Shown here: one piece after another, positions 14,414 to 26,703 of the stretch | Layout of the letters: every line of letters starts with the position of its first letter | Position numbering within the stretch: the first letter of the stretch is position 1 | NCBI RefSeq assembly: GCF_009914755.1 | Contig: NC_060930.1 | Length of the DNA: 64,000 bases | Source of the DNA: the human T2T-CHM13v2.0 reference genome, Homo sapiens | Direction: 5' to 3' (one strand) | Notes under the pieces: generated by a model | Databases searched by the model: none | What the model was told of the DNA's origin: nothing | What the model saw: the letters and a program-made list of their open reading frames with translations, nothing else | Position numbers and translations under genes: made by a program

Positions 14414-16103
14414 TTTTTTGATGTAGGTGTTTATTGCTACAAACTTACCCCTTAGAACTGCTTTTGAGGTAACCCATAGGTTTTTGTATGCTGTGTTTTC
14501 ATTTTTGTTTGTCTTAAGAACATTTTAAACTTCCTTTCAATTTATTTATTAACTCCTTAGTTGTTTAGAAGCATGTTAATTTGTATGTATTTGTTAATTT
14601 TCCAATATTTCTTTTGTTATTGATTTCACATTTTATACCACCATGGTCGAAAATGATACTTGATATGATTGCAGTCTTCTTACAGTTTTCAGACTTTTTG
14701 TGGTTTTATATATGATCTATCCTAGAGAATGTTTTATGTTTAGTTGAAAAAATGCATACTCTGCAGATGTTAAATAAAATTTTCTGTATATGTGTCTTTA
14801 GGTCCATTTGCTCTAGAATACATTTTAAGTTTCATGATCATTTTCTGATTTTATGTTTGGATAATCTGTTCATTGCTAAAAGTGAGGCACTGAAATTGCC
14901 TACTATTATCATATTGCAGTCTCTCTCTCCCTTCGTATCTATTGATATTTTCTTTATGTGTTTAGATCCTCTGATGCTTGCTGCATATATTGTTATATCC
15001 TCTTGTTGAATTGACCACTTTATCATACTATAGTGACCTCCTTTGTCTTTTTAACGTCATTTTTGAATTAAAATCCATTTTATCCGAAATATGGATAGCT
15101 ACTCTTTCTTTTGGTTTCCATTTTTCTGAAATATCTTTTTTCAGTTCTTCATTTTCAATTTGTGGGTCCTTACAAGTGAAATGAGTCTCTTGTAGGCAGC
15201 ATGTAGTTGGGTCATTTTTTTTCCCCCCCATTTGTCATGCTATGTTTTTGACTGGAGAATTTACTCCATTTACATTCAGGGTAACTACTGATAGATAAGG
15301 ACTTATAACTGCAGTTTTCTAGCTTTTCTATAAATCCTTTCTTGTTGCTTTTTATTTTGTTTGTGTGTGTGTATCTATAGGATTTTGCTTTGTGGTTACC
15401 ATGGGGCTTATTACATAAAAAAATTTTGTAGTTATAATAGATTATTTTAATGAATGACAATGTAACTATGATCAGAAAAAAGAAATCTCTACACTTTGAC
15501 TCCATTTACGGCCCACATTGTAAATTCATGATGTCACAAGTTACATTTTCTTAAATTACATATACCTTCAGAAATTATTGCACCAATTATTTTTGATAGT
15601 TTTTCAAACCTTTAGACTACAGATATATGTGATTTACATACCACCCTTACAGTATTACAATATTCTGAATTTGACTGTATACTTACTTGTACTAGTCAGT
15701 TTTATACTTCTAAATGTTTTTGTGTTGCTTAGTACCTTTTTTTTAGCTTGAAGAACTATCTTTAGCATTTCATCTAAAACAAGTCTGGTGGTGATAAACT
15801 CCCTTGGGCTTTGTGTGTTAGAAAAGTCTTATTTCTCCTTTATTTCTGAAGGATGGCTTTGATGGGTAAGATAATCTTGGTTAATAATTTGTTTTTTTTC
15901 TTTTTCTTCAGCACTTTGACTCTATCATTCCACAATCTCCTGGCACATAAGGTTTTGGCTGCAAAGTCTGCAGCTAGGCATGTTGAAACTCCCTTATATT
16001 TTATTTGCTTCTTTTCTTTGATGGTCTTAGCATCCTCTTATTATCTCTGATTTTTTGAGAATATGATTATATCTTTCAATAGTCTTATTTGGATTGAATC
16101 TGA
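14414..16103 (-). mobile_element. L1M/L1MA fragment (ORF1 3' end, inter-ORF, ORF2 endonuclease), 3'-truncated
   Basis: Track ORFs 14838-15026 (SIQQEDITI..IIVGNFS) and 15028-15231 (DPTTCCLQETHF) are L1 EN domain remnants. Confidence 0.85.
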
Positions 16104-16820
16104 TTTTTTTAATGGGATATTTGCATATTTCTCCAGGTTACTAAAAATATTAGTAAAAACTTATGGAAAGTACTACTGTATCATCTTGTTCCACCCCTCC
16201 ATGGAAATCCTCTGATCCCTATATTTTTTATGCTAAATAACCGAGGCTTGTGAAGGTAATTTGTTCAAAATCATGGAACTTAGAAATGGGCTTCATTCAT
16301 CAAGGCACATATTTTTTAACACCAGTTTTATCCTGTGTGAACAGACTGTTCATTATGTTAAACACAGTCTTTGCAATACTTTAAACATTCTCATTTCTAA
16401 GACATCCAGTGTGGTTCCTTATACGAATTCCACATTGAGAGAGTGGTGTAACAATTAGTATTAGTGAATGTATAAACACTGCTCCACTTACCAGTGAGTT
16501 CCAAAATGTATCGTAAGCTAGGTTTTGAGAATTATGTTTTTAAAAAATAATTTATAAGTAACTATTAAACTCATAGCAAGTTCATAATAATTTGAAATTA
16601 ACATGTTTAATCTTTGAGATGATTTGTATAATCTTTTTCCTTTTCCTTCTTCTGTTGTTGAATACGTAAAGAATATCATAGGCTATACAGAGTTTCATAA
16701 ATAGGCTGGAAGTCTATGCACTATTTAAAAGGTAATGTGATGAGAAAATGTATTTCTGCAGTTAAATGAGAGTATGAGAACACTGGGGAATCCTTATTTT
16801 TTCTTAAACCTTTCATCTCT

Positions 16821-17352
16821 TGTATTAGTGTTGTCTAAAGAGAGAGAACTAATGGGATATACTTATATTTGAAGGGGATTTTATTAGGAGAATTAACTCA
16901 CACTATCACAAGGTGAAGTACCACAATAGGCCATCTGCAAGCTGAGCAGCAAGGAAGCCAGTCTGAGTCCCCAAACCACAAAAGTAGGGAAGCCGACAGT
17001 GCAGCCTGCAGTCTGTGGTTGAAGGCCTGAGAGCCCCTGGAAAATCACTGGTGTAAGTCCAAGAATCCAAGAGCTGAGTCTGATGTTTGAGGGCAGGAAG
17101 CAGCCAGCATGGGAAAAAGATGAATGCTGGAAGACTGAGCAGTCTCTTCACTCCACTTTCTTCTGCCTGATTTATTCTAGCTGCACTGACAGCTGATTAG
17201 ATAGTGCCAGCCAGATTGAGGGTGGGTCTGTCTCTCACAGTCCACTGACTCAAATGTTAATTTCCTTTAGCAATACTCTCATAGACACACCCAAGAACAA
17301 TACTTTGCATCCTTCATTCCAATCAAGTTGACACTCAATATTAACCATCACA
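16821..17352 (-). mobile_element. MLT2A (MLT2A2-like, HERVL) solo LTR
   Basis: Right end ccaatcaagttgacactcaatattaaccatcaca is the reverse complement of the MLT2A 5' end; left end is tgtattag. TSD tctct/tctcc. Confidence 0.9.
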
Positions 17353-19959
17353 TCTCCTGACCAAGTAATATCCAGAAAAAAAAAAAAAGACAAAACCCCA
17401 AAAACTAGTGACTCGGGATTTTTCTGTTGTGCCAGGACTCTTTCCTCAATGACTTTTATTCAAATTTTGGATGGAGCCCATTGTTTCAATGCCAGGTCCC
17501 TACATTATTATTTTTTCTTACAATTTCAACAGATCCCATTTTCTAATTAGAAGATTGGTGATGACAAAATATTTTTTAAAAATATATTGAATGAGAAACT
17601 TTGTCATCTCAATGGGCATAATTATAATACACTATGGCACAAAATGTGGATAAATATTAAGTAGTTATGTTATATAGCCTTCAGAAGCCATTGGATTTAT
17701 GCTATAATGATTATCCATAATACATTTGAAAATTAAGGACTTAACAAGATCTAAAAGTTGATCACTGATGTGTGTTGTTTGTTTAATCTCCAGTGAAACA
17801 AAATACAAATGTTACTCTCAGTACTATTCCCATATGCAACATAATCAAATAATCTGTCTCAATAATGTATGTTACAATTAACACACATTGGAAAATCTCA
17901 TTCCTAATTTTCCAGATATGTTGCTGCTTGTTTGAAGCAATGTTTAGAGAGTCACATAGATTCCTTATGCTTAAAAAAGTGAACAATTCTTTACTCATAT
18001 ATGATGAGATAGAATTATACATTCTTTGTATTTACTAATGTAGTATCTTTCTAAAGTGTATTTTATTTCACAATCTATCACTTTGCTTCAGAAATGCCTA
18101 TGGTCTAATGGTCCTCCTCAAGCTGTCTTTGAAATCATCAGCTTTAATTCTTCTTAATGTTCAGGTTTTCTGATAGTTAAGAGGAGGAGTAGAGGTGTTG
18201 ACAGTGATTTTTCATATTTTACCTTATTTCTAGCAATTAGCTTTTAATCAAATGTGATTTTCAACTCTTCATCTGATTTTTCAACATTGTTAAAAATTCA
18301 GCACTGATTTCTACTATTTACCAGCAGCTGGCTTCAGAGGAAGGTACAGAAAAAAAAAATTCATTCTTCTCAAAATTTGGGGATATAGGTATACAGACAA
18401 AGACTATGCAAATAAAAAAGTACATGTAATATTATATTGAGCATAGACACACAGAAACATAGTGCACAAACACAGGGCAGTCCTTAATATGACTCCTGCT
18501 GATGGGAGTGCTTCCTGCAGGTGAACATTTCCCCTCAGGCAATGTTGGAGGTTGGAAGTTTCATGTAAGGAATATTTATATTGAGAATAGCTGCTTGTTG
18601 AAAACTCTAAGAAGGCTTATTGACCACTAACATTTTAGTATGCCTTTTGGTTATCTAAAAATCTATGATTAAAATAAGTTAATGCATTAACCACATAAAT
18701 ATGATTTTTTCTCAATTATTTGCATTATATGACATTCTTTCAAACCATTACTCTTCCTGGATTATATTGTGGAGAAAGGAAATGAGAGAGGATTGATTGA
18801 CTGATGGATTGATTGATTGTGAGATGCAGGAGGAAGGTTTACAAGCCAAAAAACTGCAATTCCCAACATGGAGATGAGCAGTCAGGGAGGGCAGGTTTAG
18901 GAGAAATGACTAGCAGGGGTTTATATATGGTAACAGTCTGGTGGTGGCATTAGTGGAAGATTGAGGAACAAGTACATTAAATATAGATTTTGTGTTCTTT
19001 AGACACATTTAAAAAATATTTTGCCTTATTTTCTTTATACTCCAGTGACTGTGGAAATTCCAGTGGTTTAACAGAAATGCACATTTATATTACTGAAAGC
19101 TGATCGAGAGCAATAATTTTCACAGTAAGAAGAGTGGATCTTTACTCAGAAGACCTAGTTTGAATGTGGACTCATTACTTTATAGTTGTGTAAATTTTGG
19201 AAACAATATGATAATATGTCTATATAAAAATTGTCATTTTAAAATATTTTCAATATGATAATTTTGGCAAGTTTGTTTTCAGGACGCATATTTTGAAAAT
19301 TAATTTTATTTTGATTTTGAAGAAATAATTTGGAACTCATACTATTGAATAAAAAGGCTAAGTTGTTTTTCTTTTATTGAAAAAAGCAATAAATTTCCCT
19401 TCTAGAAACTTACAGATTTTATATTACTTATCTATATTATACTTGTAAATGAATGGACAGAAAACATTTAAGAAGTAACAATTTGTGTATAAAATGCTTT
19501 AAAATGTGTTTGTTAATTATTAGAGTTTCTCAAAACTGTAACAAGCACTTAATATTTCTATTTTTCCTGTTATAAAAAACCTACTTCACAATTTTATTGA
19601 GAAATAATTTCATTGTGTAACTTAAATCCTTTTAATTTTAAAGTTGTGTAAGATACAGATGTATTGACTAAATTAATTTAACTTGGATGACATAATGCTT
19701 AGAGAATAAATTGCAATCAAAACGAGAGATATAAAAACAGCATTTAATTAAGAAAATATCTTGTACAAATTTGAAGCTTCTTGTCATCTGGATGTCCTTG
19801 TACATCTCACTGGGCTCAGTGGGTTATGCAGAATTCTCTGACATATTAAGGTTAAAAATTAGTGTGATTGTATACAAAGACTGTTGGATATGTCAGCACA
19901 TAGATGGTTTGGTGAAAAATGTATCAACTTGAAAACATCTAACTAGTGGAAGTTTTAAT

Positions 19960-20268
19960 CCACTTTTACTCATCCTTCTAGTTATCTAGTGTCGCCACTT
20001 CCTGAGGCTTTTGTGGATGCTGTGCTATCAATCATCATGCTTCACCAGTTTTCTCACTGCCAATTTCAGTTTCCAAATTCTCAGATCTCCCAAGTCTGTT
20101 AATACTTGTTTAATTGTTTTTTAGCTTCCAAGATTTTGTCTTTTTTCTCCTCCTGTCTTATTCTAGTGGGTTGCTAGCCTTAACAAATATTTTACTAATT
20201 ATTTGCGGGATTTCAGGAGGGAGTACAGGTAAATCTATGTAAATTATTTCATTATCTTTAACTGGAAT
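19960..20268 (-). mobile_element. Possible HAL1/L1ME 5' end
   Basis: cttccaagattttg...gggatttcaggagggag...attatctttaactggaa resembles the reversed 5' terminus of ancient L1ME/HAL1. Confidence 0.35.
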
Positions 20269-20370
20269 GCTAATTTTAATTATTCTATATCTTTCGTTTA
20301 AAAAGCTATCAAAATTCTTTTCTACTTCTCTACAGAACTGCTTTCAAGTATAGCTTATTCTCAGCTTTAA

Positions 20371-20678
20371 TTTTTTTTTTTTTTTTTTTTTGAGATGAAG
20401 TCTCGCTCTGTTGCCCAGGCTGGAGTGCAGTGGCGAGATCTCGGGCTCACTGCAAGCTTCGCCTCCCAGGTTCACGCCATTCTCCTGCCAAGGCCTCCCA
20501 AGCAGCTGGGACTACAGGTGCCCGCCACCACGCCCGGCTATTTATTTTTTGGATTTTTTTACTAGAGATGGGGTTTCACCGTGTTAGCCAGGATGGTCTC
20601 GATCTCCTGACCTGGTGATCTGCCCCTCTAGGCCTCCCAAAGTGCTGGGATTACAGGCGTGAGCCACTGCGCCTGGCC
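20371..20678 (-). mobile_element. AluY
   Basis: Full dimer with T21 tail and AluY diagnostics (gcaagct, ttcacgccattc, ttagccaggatggtctcgatc). Perfect 12-bp TSD tctcagctttaa (20359-20370, 20679-20690). Confidence 0.93.
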
Positions 20679-21114
20679 TCTCAGCTTTAAAGGTACATCC
20701 AAAATATGTGTGGACTCTGCCTCCCATATCAGGATTATATTACAATTCTGACCTTTGGTTTGTTAACAATATAAGTTTATCAACAGATGCTAGGCCTGTA
20801 GTCAGCTATCCTTCTAGGGAAACATTCTACATTATGATATATTGAACTACTTTTCATCTAAATATACAAATATTAGTTAAGCCTTTGCTGCCTTCAGGCT
20901 GATCCTTACATTCTAGAATTGCCTTGATAATAATTTTCAGTACCTTATAGAATATTGTAAAGCCAATGGGAGACTTTGAATATTTGATATTTTAAATTTT
21001 CAAATTTTGAAAGTTAGGGAAAAGTGAAAATAATGCAATTAGATGCATAACTTAGTGGAAAATATAAGAGCACAAGAAGATATTATGCTTCACTCTATAA
21101 GCATGTCACTATGA

Positions 21115-24100
21115 ATGTAAAGTCAAATAAATGAAATCAAAAATGAAAAAGACACATTACAAATAATACCATAGAAATATAAAGGATCATAAGAGATAGC
21201 AAATAAGAAGATTGAATCAGTAATAATGTGTTTCTTATCAAACAAAATCCCCGCTGATGGCTTCACTGCTAACTTCTACCAAAAAATTAATGAACTTATA
21301 CCAATTCTTATCAAACTCTCCCAAAATATTAAAGAGGAGGGAATACTTCCAGATTCATTGCGTGAAGCTAGCATTATCCCATTACCCTTATATCAAAGCC
21401 AGATAAGGTCACAACAAAAAGATAAAATTACAGACCAACGTCCTTGAAACATAAGATACTCCTATATACTTCTCAACAAAATACTAGCAAATCAAAATTG
21501 AACAACACATTAAAATCATTGTTTTCCATGAACAAATGGGATTTATCCCAGGGATACAAGGATGGTTCAACCTACCCAAATCTACAATTGTGATACATTA
21601 TATTAACAGAACAAAGGACAAAAATCATGTGATCATCTCAATAGAAGCAAAAAAATCATTTGACAAGACTCAACATTCCTTCGTGATAAAAAACTCTCAG
21701 CAAATTACGTATAGAAGGAATGCATCTCAAAGCAAAATAAACTATAGATGATAAACCTACAGCTAATATCAGAATGTGAAAAGTTATAAGCTCTCACATT
21801 CACATTTCTTAGATCAGGAACAAGACTAGGGTGCTTTACATTTAACGTAATCCTGGAAGTCCAAGCCAAAGTAATTAGCAAAGAAAAAAAGATAAAAGGC
21901 AGCCAAATTGAAAAAGAAATAGTTAAATTGTCCCTGTTTACAAGCAATGTAATCTTATATATGGAAACACTAAAGACTCAACTAAAAAGACCATTAGAAC
22001 TAACAAACAAATTCAGCAAATTTGCAAAATACTAAATCAACAAAAATTGGTAATGTCTCTATATACTAACAACAGACTATACAAAAAAGAAGTCAAGATA
22101 ACTGGGTGATATAACAAATGTTTCCTACTATGTTCTGTTATAAAGAGAACAGATTATTATTGAACTTATACAAATAACTACATTGCTATAAAAATACAAA
22201 GTACTAATACTTTCTGAATTCTAGAGAGAAAAAATATTTCATCTTGGTTCACAAATATATGCTTTTTCAACCAAATGTAAACTACAGCTACCTTAAGATA
22301 AAAATAAAAATGTTTTATTAAATCTGGAAAACAAATCTTTAAAGAACTAGCAATGTTTTAAATAAAACTATCATTTAAAAATAAAACGAAAAATAATTCA
22401 AGAGAACAATTCTTGTTACAAAATAAATAAATGAATATTAAAATAAGTAAATAAGTAAAATACTTAGGAGTAAATTTAATAAAAGAGATAAAAGACCTGT
22501 ACATTGAAAACAAAACAACATTGACGAAATAAACTGAAGAAACGCAAATAAAGAAAACGATATCCTTTGTTCATATGTTTGAAGAGTAAACATTGTTTAA
22601 ATGTTCATACTACCCAAAGTGATCTACAGATTCTATGTAATCCCTGTCAACATCTCAATGACATTCTAACAAAAATAGAAAAAAAAATTAAAAATTTTGT
22701 GTGGAGCCACAAGAAAAATCCTGGATAGCCAAAGCAAACTTCAGCAAAAAGAACAAAGCTGGAGGCAGCATACTACTTGATTTCAAAATCTGCTACCAAG
22801 CTATAATAATCAAGACAGCAATAGTACTGGCATAAAACAGACACACAGTCCAAGAGAACAGAACAGAGAGTCCAGAAACAAATATATGCATTTAAGGCCA
22901 ATGAATTTTGGCAAAGATGTCAAGGAAAGAATGATATCTTTTATAAATGGTGTTGAGGAAAGTGGTTATCCACATGCAGACTAATAAAAATAAACCTTTA
23001 CATCACACCATGTAATTAAATAAACTGAAAAGATTAAACACTGAAATGTAAGACCTGAAACTGTAAAATTAGTTGAAGAAAACATTGAGGAAGAAGTTCA
23101 TGACATTGGTCTGAGAAAAGATTTTTTTGGATGTGAACCAAAAGCATAGGCCAAAAAAGTAAAAAAAAAAAAGACAAATGAGATTACATCAAATTAAAAA
23201 TCTTCTGCGTAGCCCAGGAAATAATTACCACAGTGAAGAAACAACCTGCAGAATTGGAGAAAATATTTGGAAACCATACATCTGTTAAGAGATTAATATC
23301 TAAAATATTTAAGAAACTGAAACAACTCAGTAGCAAGAAAACAAATATTCCAACTCTAAAAATGAGTAAAGGGCATGAATAGACTCTTCTTAAAAGAAGA
23401 CAAATGGCCAACAGTATATGAAAAGAATACTCAAGAGCACTAATCAGTAGAAAAACATAAATTGAAACCACAATGAAATACTACCTCATGCCTGTTAGAA
23501 TGGTTATTATCTAAAAGATGAAAGATAACAAGTATTCAATAAGATGTGGCAAAAGGGGACACTTGAACATTGTTGATAAGGATATAAATTAGAACAGCCA
23601 TTATGGAAAATGGTATTAGGTTCCTCAAGAAAATAAAAAATAGCACTATAATATAATCTAGCAATCCCACTCCTGGGTATACATCCAAAGGTAATGAAAT
23701 GAGTATGTCAAAAAAGATACCTGCACCCCCATGTTTATTGCAGCATTATTTGTAATAGATATTTATAAAATCAATCTAAATATCCATCAATGGATGAATG
23801 GATAAAGAAAATGTAGCACATATACAAAATGGAATACTATTCAGCCTTAAAAAAGGAAGAACCCCTGTCATTTGCAAGACAAAAGATGAAGTTGGGGAGC
23901 ACCATGTAAAGTGAATAAGCCAGGCACAGAAAGACAAATACGACATGATCTTACTTACATGTGGAATCTAAACATGTTGAACTCATAAGAAACAGAGAGT
24001 AGAATGTTGGTTAGCAGGGATTTGGGAGGAGGTTGAGAAGATATTGGTCAAAGGATATACAGTGTCAATTAGAAGGAGTTAGTTAAAGATATCTATTGTA

Positions 24101-24336
24101 CAAAATGGTGACTCTAGTTAATAACAATATATTAATATATTCTTGAAAATTGCAAAGAGTGTACATTTTAAGTGTTACTACCACAAAAATTGATATGTAT
24201 TGTGAGATGATGTATATATTGATTGGCTTGATTTAGCCATTTTACAATTTATAGATATTTCAAAATATTATGTTGCACATGATAGATATATACAATTTGT
24301 GTCATTTAATATATTTAATTTAAAATTCTAAAAAAA
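21115..24336 (+). mobile_element. 5'-truncated L1MA (L1MA6-8-like): ORF2 RT to 3'UTR
   Basis: Track ORFs 21226 (DGFTANFYQ..LIPILIKLSQ) and 21536 ([11 protein letters not shown]). The L1MA-type 3'UTR reads atctattgtacaaaatggtgactctagttaataacaat...gatttagccattttacaat. Confidence 0.88.
22103..22388 (-). mobile_element. LTR-less fragment of ERV1 (MER4-group) internal sequence inserted in the L1MA
   Basis: The reverse complement (aaacattgctagttctttaaag..tttccagatttaa..gtttaca..ttgtgaac..tagttatttgtataagttcaataa..ctctttataacag) matches the shared MER4/LTR49/MER31-int-type internal region. L1 ORF2 resumes on both sides. Confidence 0.7.
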
Positions 24337-24344
24337 TCTGTTAA

Positions 24345-24930
24345 TCTGAAGACATTAAAGTATAAAAAGGAAAGAAAAGTCAGAAACAGCGAGAAGACAT
24401 TTGTATAACTTATAACTGACAGAAGATAGGTATCCAAAGTTCACTACAAACAGACAAACTAAAACTTCAATAGTCTAATAAGAATAAAAGCAATTAATCC
24501 AGTCAAATAAATGTGTAAAAGTCTTACAAAAACTCTTCTCAAAAGAGAAAATGCAAACTTCTAATAACATGGGACAAAATGCTGATATTTATTAGTATTC
24601 AGGGAATGCTGATATTTATTAGTATTCAGAGAATGTAATTACTCTGATTAAGATTTTTTTTAAATAACTATCTTATTGGCAAAAATTTTGCAGTCTGAAA
24701 ATTCCAGGTGTTTCCAAGATTTTAAAATAGCTAGAACAGTTATATAATGTCAGTAGGGCTAGAAATAGGTGATAGCATTTGAAAAACTGATTTGACATAA
24801 TTAAGAAAAATTTAATTTTTTTACCCTCTATGATCTAGCAAGTCCAATTGTATGCTTACATCCTGAAGAAACTCTTGCTTATATGTACTAGGAAGTATGC
24901 AATATTCATCAACATGGTAAATTCTAATGA
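24345..24930 (+). mobile_element. Ancient L1ME ORF2 3' fragment
   Basis: gagaagacatttgtataac, tctcaaaagagaaaatgcaaa and ccctctatgatctagcaagtccaatt..gaagaaactcttgc are decayed L1ME phrases. Confidence 0.55.
24578..24635. repeat. 27-bp tandem duplication
   Basis: aatgctgatatttattagtattcaggg followed by aatgctgatatttattagtattcagag-aatg; one mismatch. Confidence 0.95.
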
Positions 24931-25927
24931 GTTGATCAAAAAGAAGAATTAGGGCCTGGAGATTGATCAGTTCTGCCTGCTACAGCTGGCATCTGTGCAC
25001 AACATCTGGAGGAACCTGAGGGAAGGACCACCCCACTTATTACCACCACTGAAGACATCCACGCACACATTCTGGGTACATGAGAATGAGCCTGCTTTCC
25101 CACCACTACTGCTTGTGTACATTACTGGGGACCTAGCCATAGGCCTGCTCTGCACACTGCTACCAGTATATGGAAGTATCATCCAGAGGAATAAGGGAGT
25201 GCCCACCCCACCCACAGCTGGCACCTGCATGCACCTTTTGGGGACCCAGGGATCAGCCTACTCAGCTTGCCACTGCCACTGCTGGCACCCATCTGCATAT
25301 GCCACTCAAGGGGTTTGGGGATTGGCCTGTCCAGCCTGTTAATGACACTGCTGCCACTCATGGGCTTCAGGGTTGGCCGGCATCTGCTACTACCACCATT
25401 AACAACATGTATACTACTTGGGGGTCAAGGGACTAATTCATGCACTCAACCCACCACTGCCACTGCCAGCACCCAAGCAAGCTGTCTGGAGACCTGAGAA
25501 CCAGCCTGCCCAGACCCATCAATACCACTGCCCACACCACCACCAGTGGCCCAAAGATCAGCACATCCAGCTTGTTGCCATCATTACAGGTGTCCAAGGA
25601 CTGGACTGCCTGGCATCCTTGTTCCCAACAAAGCCTTGTCACAGCCTCCAATAATAAACACAGCCTAAGCTACTGAGGAACTGACACCGCTGCCACTGAT
25701 TACAGCTAAAGAACTCACACGAAGATTACATTACTGTGTCCATTTAGAATCAACCTTTCCTGAACAACATCATAAATACATTTTTGGGAAATGTCTTTCC
25801 TTATGAACACCAATCCAAACAATTGCAAGAAGTGACTGTTTCATGTTTCTTGTGTCTTTACGTTGATACACAGATATGAGAAACCAAAATATTATGACAA
25901 CTCCAAAGTAACAAAATAATTCTCTCC

Positions 25928-26672
25928 CTTTTTAAAGCTTTTATTTTATGTTCAGGGGTACGTGTGCAAGTTTGTTGCAAAGGTAAATTGCATGTCACAG
26001 GAACTTGGTGTACAGATTATTTGATCACACAGGTAATAAAACATACTACCCAATATGTATTTTTTGATCCTCACCCTCCTCCCACCCTCCACCTTCAAGT
26101 AGGTCCTGGTGTCTGCTGTTCCTTTCTTTGTGTCCAAATGTACTCAATGTTTAGCTCCCACTTACAAGTGAGAACATGTGGTATTTGGTTTTCTGTTCCC
26201 GAGTTAGTTTGCTTAGAATAATGGCTTCCAATTTCATCTTTGTTGCTGTAAAGGACATTACCTCATTTTTTCATGGCTGTGTAGTATTCCGTGGTGTATA
26301 CATATCATGCTTTCTTTATCCAGTCTGCCATTGATGGGCATTTACATTTATTCTATGTCTTTGCTATTGTGACTAGTGCTGCAGTGAACACACATGTGCA
26401 TGTGTCTTTTTGGTAGGATGATTTATACTCCTTTGGGTATATACCCAATGTTGGGATTTCTGGGTCAATTCTGTTTTAAGTTCTTTGAGAAATTGCCAAA
26501 CTGGTTTCCACAATGGCTCAAATAATTTACATTCTCAACAGCAGTGTATAAATTTTCTTTTTTCTCTGCAACCTCGCGAGCATCTGTTATTTTTTGACTT
26601 TTTAATAACAGCCATTTTGACTGGTGTGAGACGGTATCTTATTGTGATTTTGATTTGCATTTTTCTAATAAT
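25928..26672 (-). mobile_element. 5'-truncated L1PA15/16-like 3' end
   Basis: ttcaggggtacgtgtgcaagtttgtt..ggtgtacagattatttgatcacacagg..cctcaccctcctcccaccctccaccttcaagtagg. Confidence 0.85.
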
Positions 26673-26703
26673 CTGCTAAGCAACTCTAATAATAAAACTA
26701 GGA

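Noticed and set aside
14414-24336. Twin-primed (5'-inverted) single L1 insertion made of the minus and plus L1M pieces
   Set aside because: The geometry fits, but 5 kb of intervening DNA contains MIR/HAL1-like relics older than the L1, so it cannot be later filler.
24950-25680. GC-rich ~65-bp repeat array with many overlapping ORFs (CRISPR-like or coding)
   Set aside because: The units are degenerate, with no constant repeat/unique spacer structure. They run into L1 ORF1, so they are old L1M 5'UTR monomers, and the ORFs reflect GC content.
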